Shown here: positions 13,501-24,600 of the stretch, in pieces
Numbering within the stretch: position 1 is the stretch's first letter
Layout: every line of letters starts with the position of its first letter
NCBI GenBank assembly: GCA_905178155.1
Contig: CAJINV010000004.1
Span: forward strand, 6,720,842 to 6,784,841
Reading direction: 5' to 3'
Source of the DNA: Amoebophrya sp. A120
Taxonomy: Eukaryota > Protista > Dinoflagellata
Length of the DNA: 64,000 nt
Made by a program: the position numbers and the translations under genes
The notes under the pieces: model-generated
The model's database searches: none
Told to the model about the DNA's origin: nothing
The model's input: only the letters and a program-made list of their open reading frames with translations

Positions 13501-16500
13501 CTCGCCGGAGACACAAATCTGTGCTGCGTGGACGCAAATCTGTGTTGCGCGCAGCGCAAATCAGTGTTGCGCGCAGCTCGCCGCAGACACAAATCTGTGC
13601 TGCGTCGACGCAATCGGAGCTCCGGGGGGCCTCGTGAGGATTTGCGCGAGATAGAAAGAGGTCGGGGCTCCAGTGCTGCACTTTTCTCCAGCCAAGACCT
13701 GCGCTTCCTCAACCCAAGCAAAACACACTTGGGAAATAGAGACAAACTCGCGCAAAATTTGGATCAGCCCCCGCTTGGTCATGCCGGGCGGGCGGGGGCT
13801 TTTTGCGCAACCCCTTGGCTGCGCGAGCCCCTTGCTTGCAAACCCCTCGATAATAAATTGGGCCCCTGAGCATGCAGCTGCTCTCCCGCCCGGCTTCTCT
13901 TGAAGGCAGCCAAAGAATGAAAGTTCCACTTCTTGCCTGCCTTCAACATGTTTTCCCGAATCGGTTGTATGATTTCGGGGCTCCAGGCAGAAATCCGGGC
14001 CGCTGGCTAACAAATATTGGGTCGGGCGATTAATCTGCGCTGAATGATCAAGAAACCCAAACAAAGCCCACACACCTGCAAAGCCTAATCAGGAAGCCAG
14101 CCTCGCGCCGGTTGGGGCTTTTTAGAAGGGTCAAAAATATCTATCGCCCCACCCGCCCACCAGGCTGGTGGGTGGGTAGGTCGGTAGGCGTGGCCAAGGG
14201 GCAGCGCACGCTCGTGCCACCCACCCACCAGCGAGGTGGGTGGGTAGGTCGGTGGGCGTGGCCAATAGGCAGCGCGCGCTCCCTCGCCGCACCCACCCAC
14301 CAGGCTGGTGGGTGGGTAGGTCGGTAAGCGTGGCCAAGAGGCAGCGCGCGCTCCCTCGCCCCACCCGCCCACCAGGCTGGTGGGTGGAAAGGTCGGTAGG
14401 CGTGGCCAATAGGCGGCGCGCGCTCGTCTCAGACCCCCACCTGCCTGGTGGGTGGGCCGGTCGCTCGGCAGGCGTGGCCAATAGGCAGCGGAGGCTTGCT
14501 CCACCCACCCACCAGGCAGGTGGGCGGGTAGGTCGGTAGGCGTGGCCAAGAGGCAACGCACGCTCACCCCACCCACCCACCAGCGAGGTGGGTGGGTAGG
14601 TCGGTAGGCGTGGTCAATAGGCAGCGCACGCTCGCCCCACCCGCCCACTAGGCCCGTGGGTGGGTAGGTCGGTAGGCGTGGCCAAGGGACAGCGCACGCT
14701 CGCCCCGCCCACCCACCAGCGAGGTGGGTGGGTAGGTCGGTGGGCGTGGCCAATAGGCAGCGCACGCTCGCCGCACCCACCCACCAGGCTGGTGGGTGGG
14801 TAGGTCGGTGGGCGTGGCCAATAGGCAGCGCGCGCTCCCTCGCCCCACCCATCCACCAGGCTGGTGGGCCGGTAGGTCGGTAGGCGTGGCCAATAAGCAG
14901 CGCGCGCTCCCTCGCCCCACCTACCCACCAGGTGGGTGGGTAGGTCGGTAGGCGTGACCAGTAGGCAGCCGGCTCTGGGTGGAAAGGCACGCATAGGTAG
15001 GTAGGTGGGCCGGTGCGATCATGGTATTGCAATGAATCGAAAAGACGCCTGGTAGGTGGGTAGGTAGGCAGCTGCGGCAGTAATAGTGGATGAATCTCAG
15101 AAAAACACAAAACACAATGTAGCGGGTTCGGTGGGTCAAATGTCGTCTGTCCAAAACCAACCAACCAACCGACCAACCCACCGGAATTTAGGCCCGCAGG
15201 CCCACGCCTATTGTGAAAATATGACAAACAGGGAATACGAAGCCGTGTTTATGTGCAACATCGACACGGCCGAATCTACGGAAGCAGAAGATCCGCCAAA
15301 AACCAACGCGCAGAAAATCGAGGAAAAATACACACACTCCCTATCCAAGGATGGGCACATGAACCCGCACATGTTGATATCAAATGTAAAAATGTCTGGG
15401 TCTGGAAGGTTGGAGCTTGTGATGCTAATTCTGGATGATGCAAAAATCTGTGTTGCATGAATGCCAAAAGTTGCCCACTAAGTTGAGAGGAAGTTTCTCA
15501 TGCAGGATAGGCATGATAGCGATAGGGATCCCGCAGAATCTGTCATGCTAGGTCCTGCACTCCAGATGACATGGATCATGGAAAATCTGCATGACAAGTG
15601 TCAGAATCTTCCAGACCCAGATATTTTTACAATCCATAGCTGAAATTTCTCTACGACACGCTAGAGAAAGAGCCCCTGATATCCTGAGTAAAAACGTACC
15701 CACACCATAGTCAAGATGGGAAATCGGCTAGACAAATCCACAAGTTTTGGCTGTTTTGCATGACAAATTTGGATTCGTAGTGTAGTGCTGTTTGAGCTAG
15801 CTTAGCAGCATCACAGATCTAGCATACCATGCTGATTGGAGCATGACAAATTGCAAAACACGACTAGAAAATGCTTCTCATGGGGCTCCGCATGAGAAAC
15901 ATTTTCAGCATGCAGATTTGCATTACAACTCTGGTGTGGGTACGTTTTTACTCAGGATACCTGATCGAGGTGGACACGGGCATGGGGCCGAAATTTGTGG
16001 ATTTATCCAAGGAGGAAGTGGGCACGTCCGAGGCAACCACCCAGAAATGGGAAGGCTATAAGGAGGAGTGTTCGAAGTCCATTGAAATGAACAAGGAAAA
16101 CTTTACGAAGGTCGTGGAATGGTATAAAGTTTTTGAAGATGTTCATGTGGATGCTTCATCGATTTGGGCTTGGTTGGCGCAGCAGTACCCGTAGCGGATG
16201 CAGAATCAGTTGAATATTATCAGTTGTTACTTTCGCATATGAGAATGAGGGTGCTAAATGTTGTTTCACGAAAACAGAACGGCTGCTCGTCTTTTGCAGC
16301 GCAATGGCAATTATAAAGAACCAAGTATTATAAAGAACCAAGTAAAAGAAAAAGAAAATAAATGCCTCCTGTGTCTAGGTATGCCGCGTTACCATACGGC
16401 GAGACGGCACTGACAGAGACGCGCGAAGCGCTAGTCGCCTACACGAACACGCGATGGGAGAAGCGGGATGCGTTGAGTGAAACTTTATTGAAGGAGGAGT

Positions 16501-17215
16501 TCGACCTCGAAGCACTGAAAACCGCAGTCAGTGAAGCGATTGAGGCGGATGTCAAGGTAGTACAATATCGTGTGTACTAGTACGAGGACCCTGGGGAAGA
16601 CGAAGAGTTTAGTACTTGGGTTTGTCATGCGAGCTGAACATCCATGCATGTTGCAAAAATGCATACCAAAACGCTTGATACTAATCCAAAAAAACACAGA
16701 TCATCAGCCCGGACCTGGTATCCTCGGCCGAGGCCCGTGTGGACCTTGATGCGAGGATGGCGACTCTGGAAGAAAAAGTGACCGCGTACGAGGAACTAAA
16801 GACTGCCCTTGAGGAGCCAGTGGAGGAAGTAACGGAAGAGAGAACGAAGCAGGAAGAGCAGGCGGTGACATTGGTATTGATAAAGATTTTTTTGTCATGC
16901 ATAACCTGCAGCAGGAGTTCAGATTCCAGTATTATCAATGCATAGTCGTGCTGGCCACAACTAACTGCTGGCCTATTTTTACTCTTAAGTACGCTCCTTG
17001 TTACGTTGGTCCCTTCGAAAGAAAGAGCCAGCAAAACAAGAACCTACTTTACTTAGGTCGACGAGCTTCGCGTCGAGCTGGAGGCGGCGCAGGCCACAGT
17101 CACCAAAATCCTCCCGGTGGGGGAGACCGCGGTGCCGCTGGGCGAGCGCTGGGCAGGCCTGTCCGAGAAGGTCGGTGCGATCACTGCACCACCAGAGGCG
17201 GGAGAGGACGAGTAG
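4578..17215 (+). CDS. Androglobin-like / calpain-like large multi-exon protein (16 introners plus several GT-AG introns)
   Basis: Exons encode LYPEFDAEAIDQVNWG, WRRV, LWELIYPQ, INPSGKYVVKLFIMGKWRAVVVDDTVP, LWCQILGKAILK and GGYWINWTDVV, resembling the androglobin calpain-like domain; frame rejoins across the elements checked; final exon ends GEDE-TAG at 17215; single-gene extent inferred. Confidence 0.7.
4870..5085. mobile_element. Introner family B (~220 bp)
   Basis: TATGAGAGTGCACAA...TTGTGCACTGTCAAA; TSD TGGAG/TGGTG; removal restores SNGGAEKIDKG. Confidence 0.85.
5121..5261. mobile_element. Introner family A (~150 bp)
   Basis: TATCCTGTGCAAAA...TTTTGCAATGCATA; TSD AGCCG. Confidence 0.9.
5334..5587. 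mobile_element. Introner, single-copy type (254 bp)
   Basis: 30-bp TIR TATGGCGTTCTCAAACGTTACATTCTCAAC, 28/30 match; TSD CCTGG. Confidence 0.9.
7323..7593. mobile_element. Introner family D (~270 bp)
   Basis: TATGGATTGCAAAAGTGTCTGGGTCTGGAAG...CTTCCAGACCCAGACATATTTGCAGTGCATA; TSD GGGCC. Confidence 0.9.
7861..8023. mobile_element. Introner family A (diverged)
   Basis: TATGCATTGCAAAAGT...ACTTTTGCAGGGGATA; TSD GAAGC. Confidence 0.85.
8070..8352. mobile_element. Introner family D
   Basis: TATCAAATGCAAAT...ATTTGCAATGCATA; TSD TGAAA. Confidence 0.85.
8745..9024. mobile_element. Introner family C (~280 bp)
   Basis: TATCCTGAGTGAAAACGTCCCCACACC...GGACGTTTTTAAATAGGATA; TSD CGGAA. Confidence 0.9.
9050..9302. 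mobile_element. Introner family D
   Basis: TATGAAGTGCAAAT...ATTTGCAGTTGATA; TSD CTGGA; removal restores GGYWINW. Confidence 0.85.
9388..9571. mobile_element. Introner family A
   Basis: TATGGATTGCAAGAG...CTCTTGCAATGCATA; TSD AGCAC. Confidence 0.9.
9622..9941. mobile_element. Introner family E (~320 bp)
   Basis: TATCAAAAGGAAAA...TTTTCCTCGCGATA; TSD TGCTG. Confidence 0.9.
10033..10311. mobile_element. Introner family C
   Basis: TATCATTTGTAAAAACGTCCCCACCCCAGAGT...ACTCTGGGGTGGGGATGCCTTTACACAGGAGA; TSD CCCAC. Confidence 0.85.
10952..11212. mobile_element. Introner family D
   Basis: TATGCTTCGCAAATATGTCTGGGTC...GACCCAGAACGACTTGCATTTGATA; TSD GGAGC/TGAGC. Confidence 0.85.
11505..11654. mobile_element. 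Introner family A
   Basis: TATCCTGTGCAAAAG...CTTTTGTGATGCATA; TSD ACACG. Confidence 0.9.
12382..12661. mobile_element. Introner family C
   Basis: TATCCTGATTGAAAACGT...ACGTTTTTACTCAGGATA; TSD TCTTT/TCCTT. Confidence 0.9.
13428..13612. repeat. Short irregular tandem repeats of CAAATCTGTG(C/T)TGCG
   Basis: About 7 copies of the motif inside the 2-kb TIR element. Confidence 0.8.
14145..14970. repeat. Tandem array of 12 units of 68/72 bp, each with a CCCACCCACC...GGTGGGTGGG hairpin
   Basis: GCGTG anchor at 14188, 14256, 14328, 14400, 14472, 14540, 14608, 14676, 14744, 14812, 14884, 14952. Confidence 0.9.
15378..15638. mobile_element. Introner family D
   Basis: TATCAAATGTAAAAATGTCTGGGTCTGGAAG...CTTCCAGACCCAGATATTTTTACAATCCATA; TSD GTTGA/GCTGA. 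Confidence 0.9.
15680..15959. mobile_element. Introner family C
   Basis: Perfect 28-bp TIR TATCCTGAGTAAAAACGTACCCACACCA; TSD CCTGA. Confidence 0.95.
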
Positions 17216-18272
17216 GTGGGTATTTATTTGCTTCGATTATGAATAATGTGAGGCACCAGGATCTTCATATAGAAGTACACATCGAGATCGAGGAACAGAT
17301 ACAACAAGAACCCAAGTTAGTAGACTATTGTGTCAAGGTAAAAAACTCAAGCCAGAAAAAAAGAGTAGTACTACCCATTTGTACGAACCTTCTCCGATGA
17401 ACAAGTGTGACACCGTCCTGATTCGACTCATATTATTCACCTGTATCATTTGTATCGATGAAATGTCACCTGTACAAAGGATGATTATCTTGTCGCGGAA
17501 GCACAGTCGATTCGATTTTTGCACCAGGTCACATTAGAGGACAACATCCTTTTTATTCTGAATTAGATTCGATGACACCGACGAAAAAGGACCAAAACCA
17601 GACGATCGGCACGCTGTTGAGAATAGTATCAGAAGCTGAAACAGTAACTGCGAGTAGGTTGAGCATTTCTGGTTCTTGATGAAAGCGAGATTTGTAAATC
17701 TGTGGGTTCTGAAAGAGCTCTTCCGCTGAAGAAGGTGCTGCATAGTAGAAAGCAGTCCTCGTAATTGGAATGGCCCTTATTTCCAGGTTCTGGATCAATG
17801 TATGAGTATGAAAATGAAATGCAGCTAGTCCTCGATCCTTGCTAGAAGTAGCTGCACTCAGATCACCCCGAAAACCAAGATCTCTGAACAAGCGGGATCC
17901 AGCAGGAGCATGATTTGACACTTCCTTCGGAACAGTTCAAGAGAAAATATAAAATTGTGTCGTGGTTCTGGTTGCGAAATCATAATCCACAAGCAAAGGC
18001 TCTTCACGGTCACAGAGACGATGATCCAGTAAAAGGTGAGAAGCAAGCTTGAAAAGAAACTCGCCTTCACCTCTGCACAAGATCTCGGAAGTGTTGTTCA
18101 GGCATTATTTTGTGCAAAGTAAACATCTTTTCAACCAATACATGACCTCGCAGCACGACGCATTCAAGTAGATTTCATTATCGATCGTTTGTTCTACTGC
18201 ACCGCTGTTGAATATAACAAAGTAAGAAAAGAAAAACAACCCTCTAGCTGCAGTCAAATTTTTTCCAAAAAA

Positions 18273-21083
18273 ATGGCGGAGAAGATTTCAAAGCGATCGG
18301 CCGACAGCGCCGCTGGCGCCGAGGGCGTCACGAAGAAAAAGAAGAAGCAGAAGACGGAAGCGAAGGAGGCAGTCGCGGTTGAGGAGCCAAAGGTTGCTGA
18401 AAGTGAACAAACCGCACCTGCCTCTACTACCGAGAAGAAGAAAAAGAAAAAGAAGAATAAAGACAGCAGCCCAGCTGGTACCGAGGAAACTAGCACCACC
18501 GCAACAGCCGCTGGCTCCCCAACTACGGAGGAGGAAGTAGTCGCTGCTGTTGAAGAGCCGGTCGTTGCAGAGAAAAAAAAGAAGAAAAAGAAGAGCAAAG
18601 ACACGACAGGAGATGTTGATGTTGTTGAAACGGCGGAAAATAAGAAAACTGCAACAGCAGAAGTTGTAGTTCCAGCAGCAGCTTCAAAAAGTAGCCAAGC
18701 AGACCACTCTTCCCACCCCTTTTACGCGGAGCACAACATTACCGTGACTGGTTGCCCCGCCCCGAAGCCCGCCGTGAAATTTTGCGAGTCCGGTCTTCCG
18801 AAAGAGGTTGCGAATCTCTGCGAGCAGAAATTCGGGAAGGACGGCAAGCCCAGCCCGATTCAGGCGGTGGCGTGGCCGCTGATCATGGAGAAGAAGGACG
18901 TTTTCGGAATCGCGAAGACCGGTTCGGGAAAGTCCCTCGCGTTTGTGTTGCCGTATCTTGCGAAGCGGCTGCAGGAACACAAACTAGCGGTCCAGAACGG
19001 GGAAGAGAAGAAGAAGCAGAAGAAGCACCACTACCCCTCCATGGTCTGTCTCGCGCCGACCAAGGAATTGGTCCAGCAAATCGCCGAAGTGGCGGAGGAA
19101 TTCACGAAGCAACTGGATTTACAGCTCACCGTCCACTGCATTATCGGTGGCGTGCCGAAATACGAACAGGTGAATAAAATTAAGAAATCCGCGTGCGATT
19201 TGGTCATCGCCACCCCCGGGAGACTCCTCGATTTGGTCGAGAACGACCAGGTTTTGAACCTATCCAAATGCGAATACTTGGTGTTGGACGAGGCCGACCG
19301 CATGTTGGACGTATCCTGAGGAAAAACGTCCCCACACCAGAGTTGTCATACAAATGTGCAATGACAGGAACATTTGTAATGCGCAGCTCCATGAGAGGAA
19401 TTTCCAATCTTGTTTTGCAATTTGTAATGCTTTAAACAGGATGTGAAAATGGCTTTCTCATGCGGCTTCTCTTGCCAATCAGCACTACACGGCAGAGGGA
19501 AATTTGTGATGCACAGCTCCCAAAACCTGGAGACTTGTGTTGCTAGATTCCCAACGCCATCTTGACTATGGGGTGGGGACGTTTTTGCTTAGGATAGGAC
19601 GACGGGTTTATCCTATCCATCCGAAAAATCGCGGACTACTGCACAAACGAAGACAAACAAAAGCACCGGCAAACGGTGCTCTTCTCCGCCACCTGGCCGA
19701 TGGAGGTGAACAAGCTCGCGCGGGGCTTACTCCCCAGCAGCGAGAAGCGCGACGAAGCGGTCACGATCACGATTTTGCGGAAGGGGCAAACGATCGACGA
19801 CCCGGATAACATCAACACGGAGGATAAATTATGCATTGCAAAAGTATCGTACTAGTATGAATCGCATCACAAATTTTGCCAAGAACAAATCTGCAATTTG
19901 TCATGCTCGGCAAGGTAGCAAGTTAGATTTGTAATGCATGACAGCAATTACTACGAGTGCGATACTTTTGCACAGGATACAAATTGCAGCTAAACGACGC
20001 GATCAAGCAAAAGTTCCACATACTACCGGACGGACGGCAGAAATACGGGTTGTTGACGAAGACACTGAAGGAGAACAAGGACAAAAAAATTTTGATCTTT
20101 GGCTTGTACAAGAAGGAAGTCGCGAATTTGGAAAACTGGTTGAGGCAAGAGGGCCACAAAATCGTCGCATTGCAGGGCGACATGCTGCAGGACAAGCGGA
20201 CGAAAGCGATTGAGGATTTCAAAAAGAGTACTAGAATTGGGTTTTCTTGGTGGTTTTTGTCATGTACTGCGGATGTAGGTGGACCTACTTTGTTAAGATC
20301 CAAAGTTTTCGTGATGTACACAACAGCATGAGAAATTCTATTCATTTTTATCTATAAACACAAAAACCGTTATCTATGACAAGACTGTCACATAAATTGT
20401 GCTCGAGTGTACGTCCACTCACAACAGGATGAGATAACGACAGAGACTAATGTCAAGGACAAACACACAGATGATGATGATGATGATGATGATGATGACA
20501 CAAAAACCGAATTATGAAACCAAACAGACGTCTGCCGCCTTCTCGTCGCCACGGACGTCGCGGCGCGCGGCTTGGACATTAAGGACATTGACATGGTAAT
20601 CAACTACACTTTCCCCCTCACCTGCGAAGACTTCGTGCACCGCTGCGGGCGAACCGGACGGGCGGGCAGGACCGGACAGGCAATTACGTTTTTCAACACA
20701 ACGGGGGAGCACAAAGAACGGGAGCACTGTATTGCTATTGATTTTGGCGTTTTTTTTGGCTGAAAAATTTACGAAATCCAAATCGGCTTGCCACAAGCGT
20801 GTTCTGATGCGGCGCAAACATCAATAATGATGAAATGCAATAGGAGGTTAGTAAGTATTCTCATTTTGAATAATTGCAAAACACAGGCTTCGACATCATC
20901 CGCCTGTTGGAAGGCGCGAAGCAGCCGGTGCCGGATGAATTGAAGAAACTGAACGCCAACACTTTCACAGCGACGAAGAAAAAATCGCACGGTATGTACG
21001 GAGATTTTTTCAAATCAGCCGAGGAAATGGAAAAGTTGAGCAAGAAAAAGGTCCAGATGAGCTTTGACTCCGACTCGGACTAG
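18273..21083 (+). CDS. DBP3: ATP-dependent DEAD-box RNA helicase DBP3 (2 introners, 2 GT-AG introns)
   Basis: Lys-rich N-terminus; [44 protein letters not shown] and [10 protein letters not shown] motifs; DBP3-type C-terminus [13 protein letters not shown]. Confidence 0.88.
19312..19596. mobile_element. Introner family C (opposite orientation to 8745)
   Basis: TATCCTGAGGAAAAACGTCCCCAC...GTGGGGACGTTTTTGCTTAGGATA; TSD GGACG; removal restores [11 protein letters not shown]. Confidence 0.95.
19830..19979. mobile_element. Introner family A
   Basis: TATGCATTGCAAAAGTATCG...CGATACTTTTGCACAGGATA; TSD TAAAT/CAAAT. Confidence 0.9.
20471..20497. repeat. (GAT)n microsatellite in a DBP3 intron
   Basis: About 9 GAT units. 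Confidence 0.9.
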
Positions 21084-21677
21084 AATAAAAGCGCAGTTGG
21101 AGGTTCTTCTTAATCCGAAGACGATAAAGCTTCACTACAAGTGGTTCGACATTATTTTGTAATGGAACGATGTATGAAGTAACTGGCACATGAGCAAGTG
21201 ATTCCACCGTGAATTATCGCAGCACATCAAGATGAACCAAGAAGCGAAAGTCACAGGAACGCTAGCGCACGCAGTTTTTCGATCATAGCAGTACGTGCAT
21301 AGAAAATTTACTGAACGGAGAGCGTTCGCGCTCCTGCTTCCAGGAGCTAAGGCTGCATGCACGACACAGAATTTTTGTCGTGTTGCGCCGAACTTTGAAT
21401 AGAAGGCAGTCGTGTTCTGTTCTTGATGCTGAACTGCGATGAAATCGAGGGGCATGAGAACAACGACGAGAACGGCCGGTTTGATGCGTGAGCGCTTCAA
21501 CATCTGAGAGATGATCTTTCCCGTTTTTTTCTTTTCGTATCTTTCTGCGTGATAGATTTTGTGCTTCATTGCTGCAGATAGAGGATCTCTCAAAATGGAT
21601 TCGGATGTGACCTGAACGATGAAGCCGCGGTGAGTTCCTGTTCCAGCGTGGTTGTCCACCGCAGCGAAGGGGCAACC

Positions 21678-24600
21678 ATGCTGCGAGGAGGTTGGCGGGC
21701 GCTGGTCCTGGTGTGGGTCGCGGGCTTCAGTAGAGATATTGGACAAGAAGCCTCAGCGCTTTCATTGCAGAGGAGGCTGCAGCATTTTCGCGATCAGAAA
21801 GTAGAGCTAGGCGTGGTCCAGGGCCGGTCTAGTGTGCGCTTGCAGACGAGTAGAAGAACTTTTCGACGGCGCCAGAACACCCTGCTCACAGACAACGCTA
21901 CCGCAAGTTCGACCGCAGCAAGTTCTACCCCGGATCCGACCGTCTGCGAGAACATCCACGCCCCGGCAAACGCGGCGACCTTTACCTGTGGCTCGACTTT
22001 GAAAGCGGGAACCTCTTGCTCCGACTTCACGTGCGCAGCCGGGTTTGAAAAAGTAAGCGCCTTCACCTGCGGATCATCTGGAGCCAACGGAGAGGCCACG
22101 GGGTTGTCCACACGGGGGCAGTGCAAGAGAAAGTTTTGCCCGGCCGCGGCAATCGTCAGTGCGCTCGGGAAAATCGAGAATGCGAACAGCACGATCGTGG
22201 AAATAAATAAATCTTCTTCCAGCATCAAAGGGTCCTTCTCGTCTTGTGACACGAAAAACCCGCTAGCCGCTGGCCAGACTTGCGACCCGGTGTGCAACAC
22301 GGGCTTCGTCGCGACGGGCAGCTTGACGTGCAATCCCGCTTCTCTGCAACTTGAAGGGCCGGCGGGCTTGAAATGCGTGACTGCGATGAAGCAGGATGTT
22401 GAACAAGGGAGCAAGCAGAACTGCAGCAGTCTCGTTCTCCCCCTGCATATGAGAGTGCACAACTCCCCCTCCCCTCATTTGAAGGGCATAAGCAGCAACA
22501 CAAGTGCTGGCATAAAGCAGCTTTTGCATGAGAAATTTGCGCCCGATTCTAGTGGTGTTTTGGCTTCCATAACCTGTCATGCAAGCAGTGCCAAAGGGAA
22601 AAGGCTCGAACTCGATTTGGTATTTCGCATGACAAATGAGGGAGAGAGGGGGTTGTGCACTCTCATGCTGCATGCGAAGAGCTCGGAGTGTGGGTCGTTG
22701 AAACCCGGGGAGTCCTGCGACAAATTTTCCTGCAACACCGGGTTTACGAAGAGCGGAAAATTCGTTTGCTCAGCGGTCGATGCCAACAACGTGACCAGCC
22801 TGCTGGAAGTCGGCAGATGCGAAAAAACTACCTGCAGAGTATTGTCGGAGGGAGGCGCAGCTGATGAAACCACTGACCTGATCAAATCCTTATCAACCGC
22901 CATCCCGCAAATATCCCTCCCCTTTCTAAACACCTCCTTCTCCAACAACGCCGTCCGCCTCTTTGCCAACGAATCACTCGAGCTGGAATGCAACCCGGGG
23001 TACAAATCCACCGGCAGTCTGAAGTATCCTGTGCAAAAGTATCGCACTGATACGAATTGCAGTTATGCATGACAAATGTTCTTTCCAAGGTAAAACAGCA
23101 TGACAAATTCAATTTTTCAGGCTGAGAAAATTTGTAATGCAATTGATACTAGTACGATACTTCTGCAATGCATATGAAGTGCGGGGCTGATGGGAAAATC
23201 TTTGAAAAGCCAAGTTGCGTTCGGCTCAACTGCAGTTCTTTTACCACTCTTAATGCGACAAAATCCTGCGGTGTTCTCTCCTCAAACCAAACCTGCAGCG
23301 ATTTCACGTGCTCCACCGGCTTCACCCCTTCTGGTCAGTACCAGTGTGCCAGTGATGCGACGCACTTGATCACGCTTGGCTCCTGCAGTCGGAATTTCTG
23401 TCCGATGATCCCGAAGCCGAACAACAGCGTCAGTTGGAACACCACTGGTAAAAAGCTCGCCGCGGGAATGACGAAACGGCTGCAGTGCGCGGTCGGTTAC
23501 AAAGCCAAAGGGAAATTCGTTTGCAACAGTGAGGGCAACAACATCACGGAAATGGCCTCCTGCGAACGGCAGTACTGCCAGGGGATTGTCCCGCCCGCGA
23601 ACGCACTGAATTTCTGGTGTCAGATATTGCAATGAAAAATGCCCCCACCCCCGAACTTGTAAGCATTTGTATTGCAAACCTTTCGAAATGAAACACTCGC
23701 CCTCTTGCATGTATCAGCATCACAGATTTCCAATCGTGAATAGCAAAAATTTGTATTGCAAAAGATCCCAGCAAAAGCGGCGCTTGTCATGCAAGCGCTG
23801 CGACACACGCCTAGACTCTGCATCACAAAGATTCATACTCCTTTTATGCATGACAAAAACCTTTCATTTGGAAACTTTGCATCACAAATTATTGCAATTT
23901 CAGGGGTGGGGGGCACTTTTCACTGTAATATCAGACCATACCCAGCGGGGAGAATTGTACCCTGACCTGTGCGGAGGGATACATGCCATCTAGTACAGGA
24001 GCAAATGTCGCGAATGGAACTACATCTTCGAGCAATCTTTTCGTCTGTAACAAAGACGCGACCAACGTCACTACCGTTCCGACCTGCGTTATCGCAAGAA
24101 AAAAGTGTTACAGGAGTTGCATTGTGTTGCAGGCCAAGCAAGACAGACCAGCTCTTTGATGCCGGATATGCATAGGAGCTTCGTTTCATAGGCGTTTTCC
24201 CTTAGGATTTCTGCATTGCAATTTTTCTCTCTCATGCAGAGAAATTTGTGTTGGTGAATTGACAACAAATGTTTAACTGTAAAACTTTTTTCGTGGGATA
24301 TGCGTGAGGAAGCAATTATCCGCCATCCCGCCAGAAAACGCCGCGCTCCCCTTCCCCTGCGCGTCTGTTTCTTCGAACGCAACGTGTCAACACCAGTGCA
24401 ATCTCGGGTACGCCGTGGTTGGGAAATTCACGGTAAATTCCGACGGGTCGAATTTCACGGAACAGGGGTCCTGCTTGCGGAAAACCTGCGCGAACTTGAC
24501 ATCCCCCGCCAACGCGACGAATTTTAACTGCCAGCAAATCAACAGCGGCGAGGCGTGCAACATCACCTGCATCACAGGTTTCGACGCGATCGGCGAATTT

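Larger units (their letters stand above)
13217..15213. mobile_element. ~2-kb non-autonomous TIR element inside a GT-AG intron (13024-15231)
   Basis: ~75-bp TIR (TAGGCGTGAGCCTGCGGGCCTAAATTCCGGTGGGTTGG...) mirrored at ~15137-15210; flanking direct repeat (TG)TGAAAATA at 13207-13216 and 15212-15221. Confidence 0.85.

Noticed and set aside
14145-14970. CRISPR-like array of palindromic repeats
   Set aside because: Units are contiguous near-copies without unique spacers, no cas genes are present, and the context is a eukaryotic intron
13239-15227. Repetitive ORFs of 170-380 aa in the 2-kb element
   Set aside because: Products of stop-poor tandem repeats on both strands
18273-21083. Pseudogene, recoded stop codons or programmed frameshifts to explain the broken ORFs
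   Set aside because: Frame breaks coincide with TIR/TSD-bounded inserts or GT-AG introns, and conserved motifs are intact after removal
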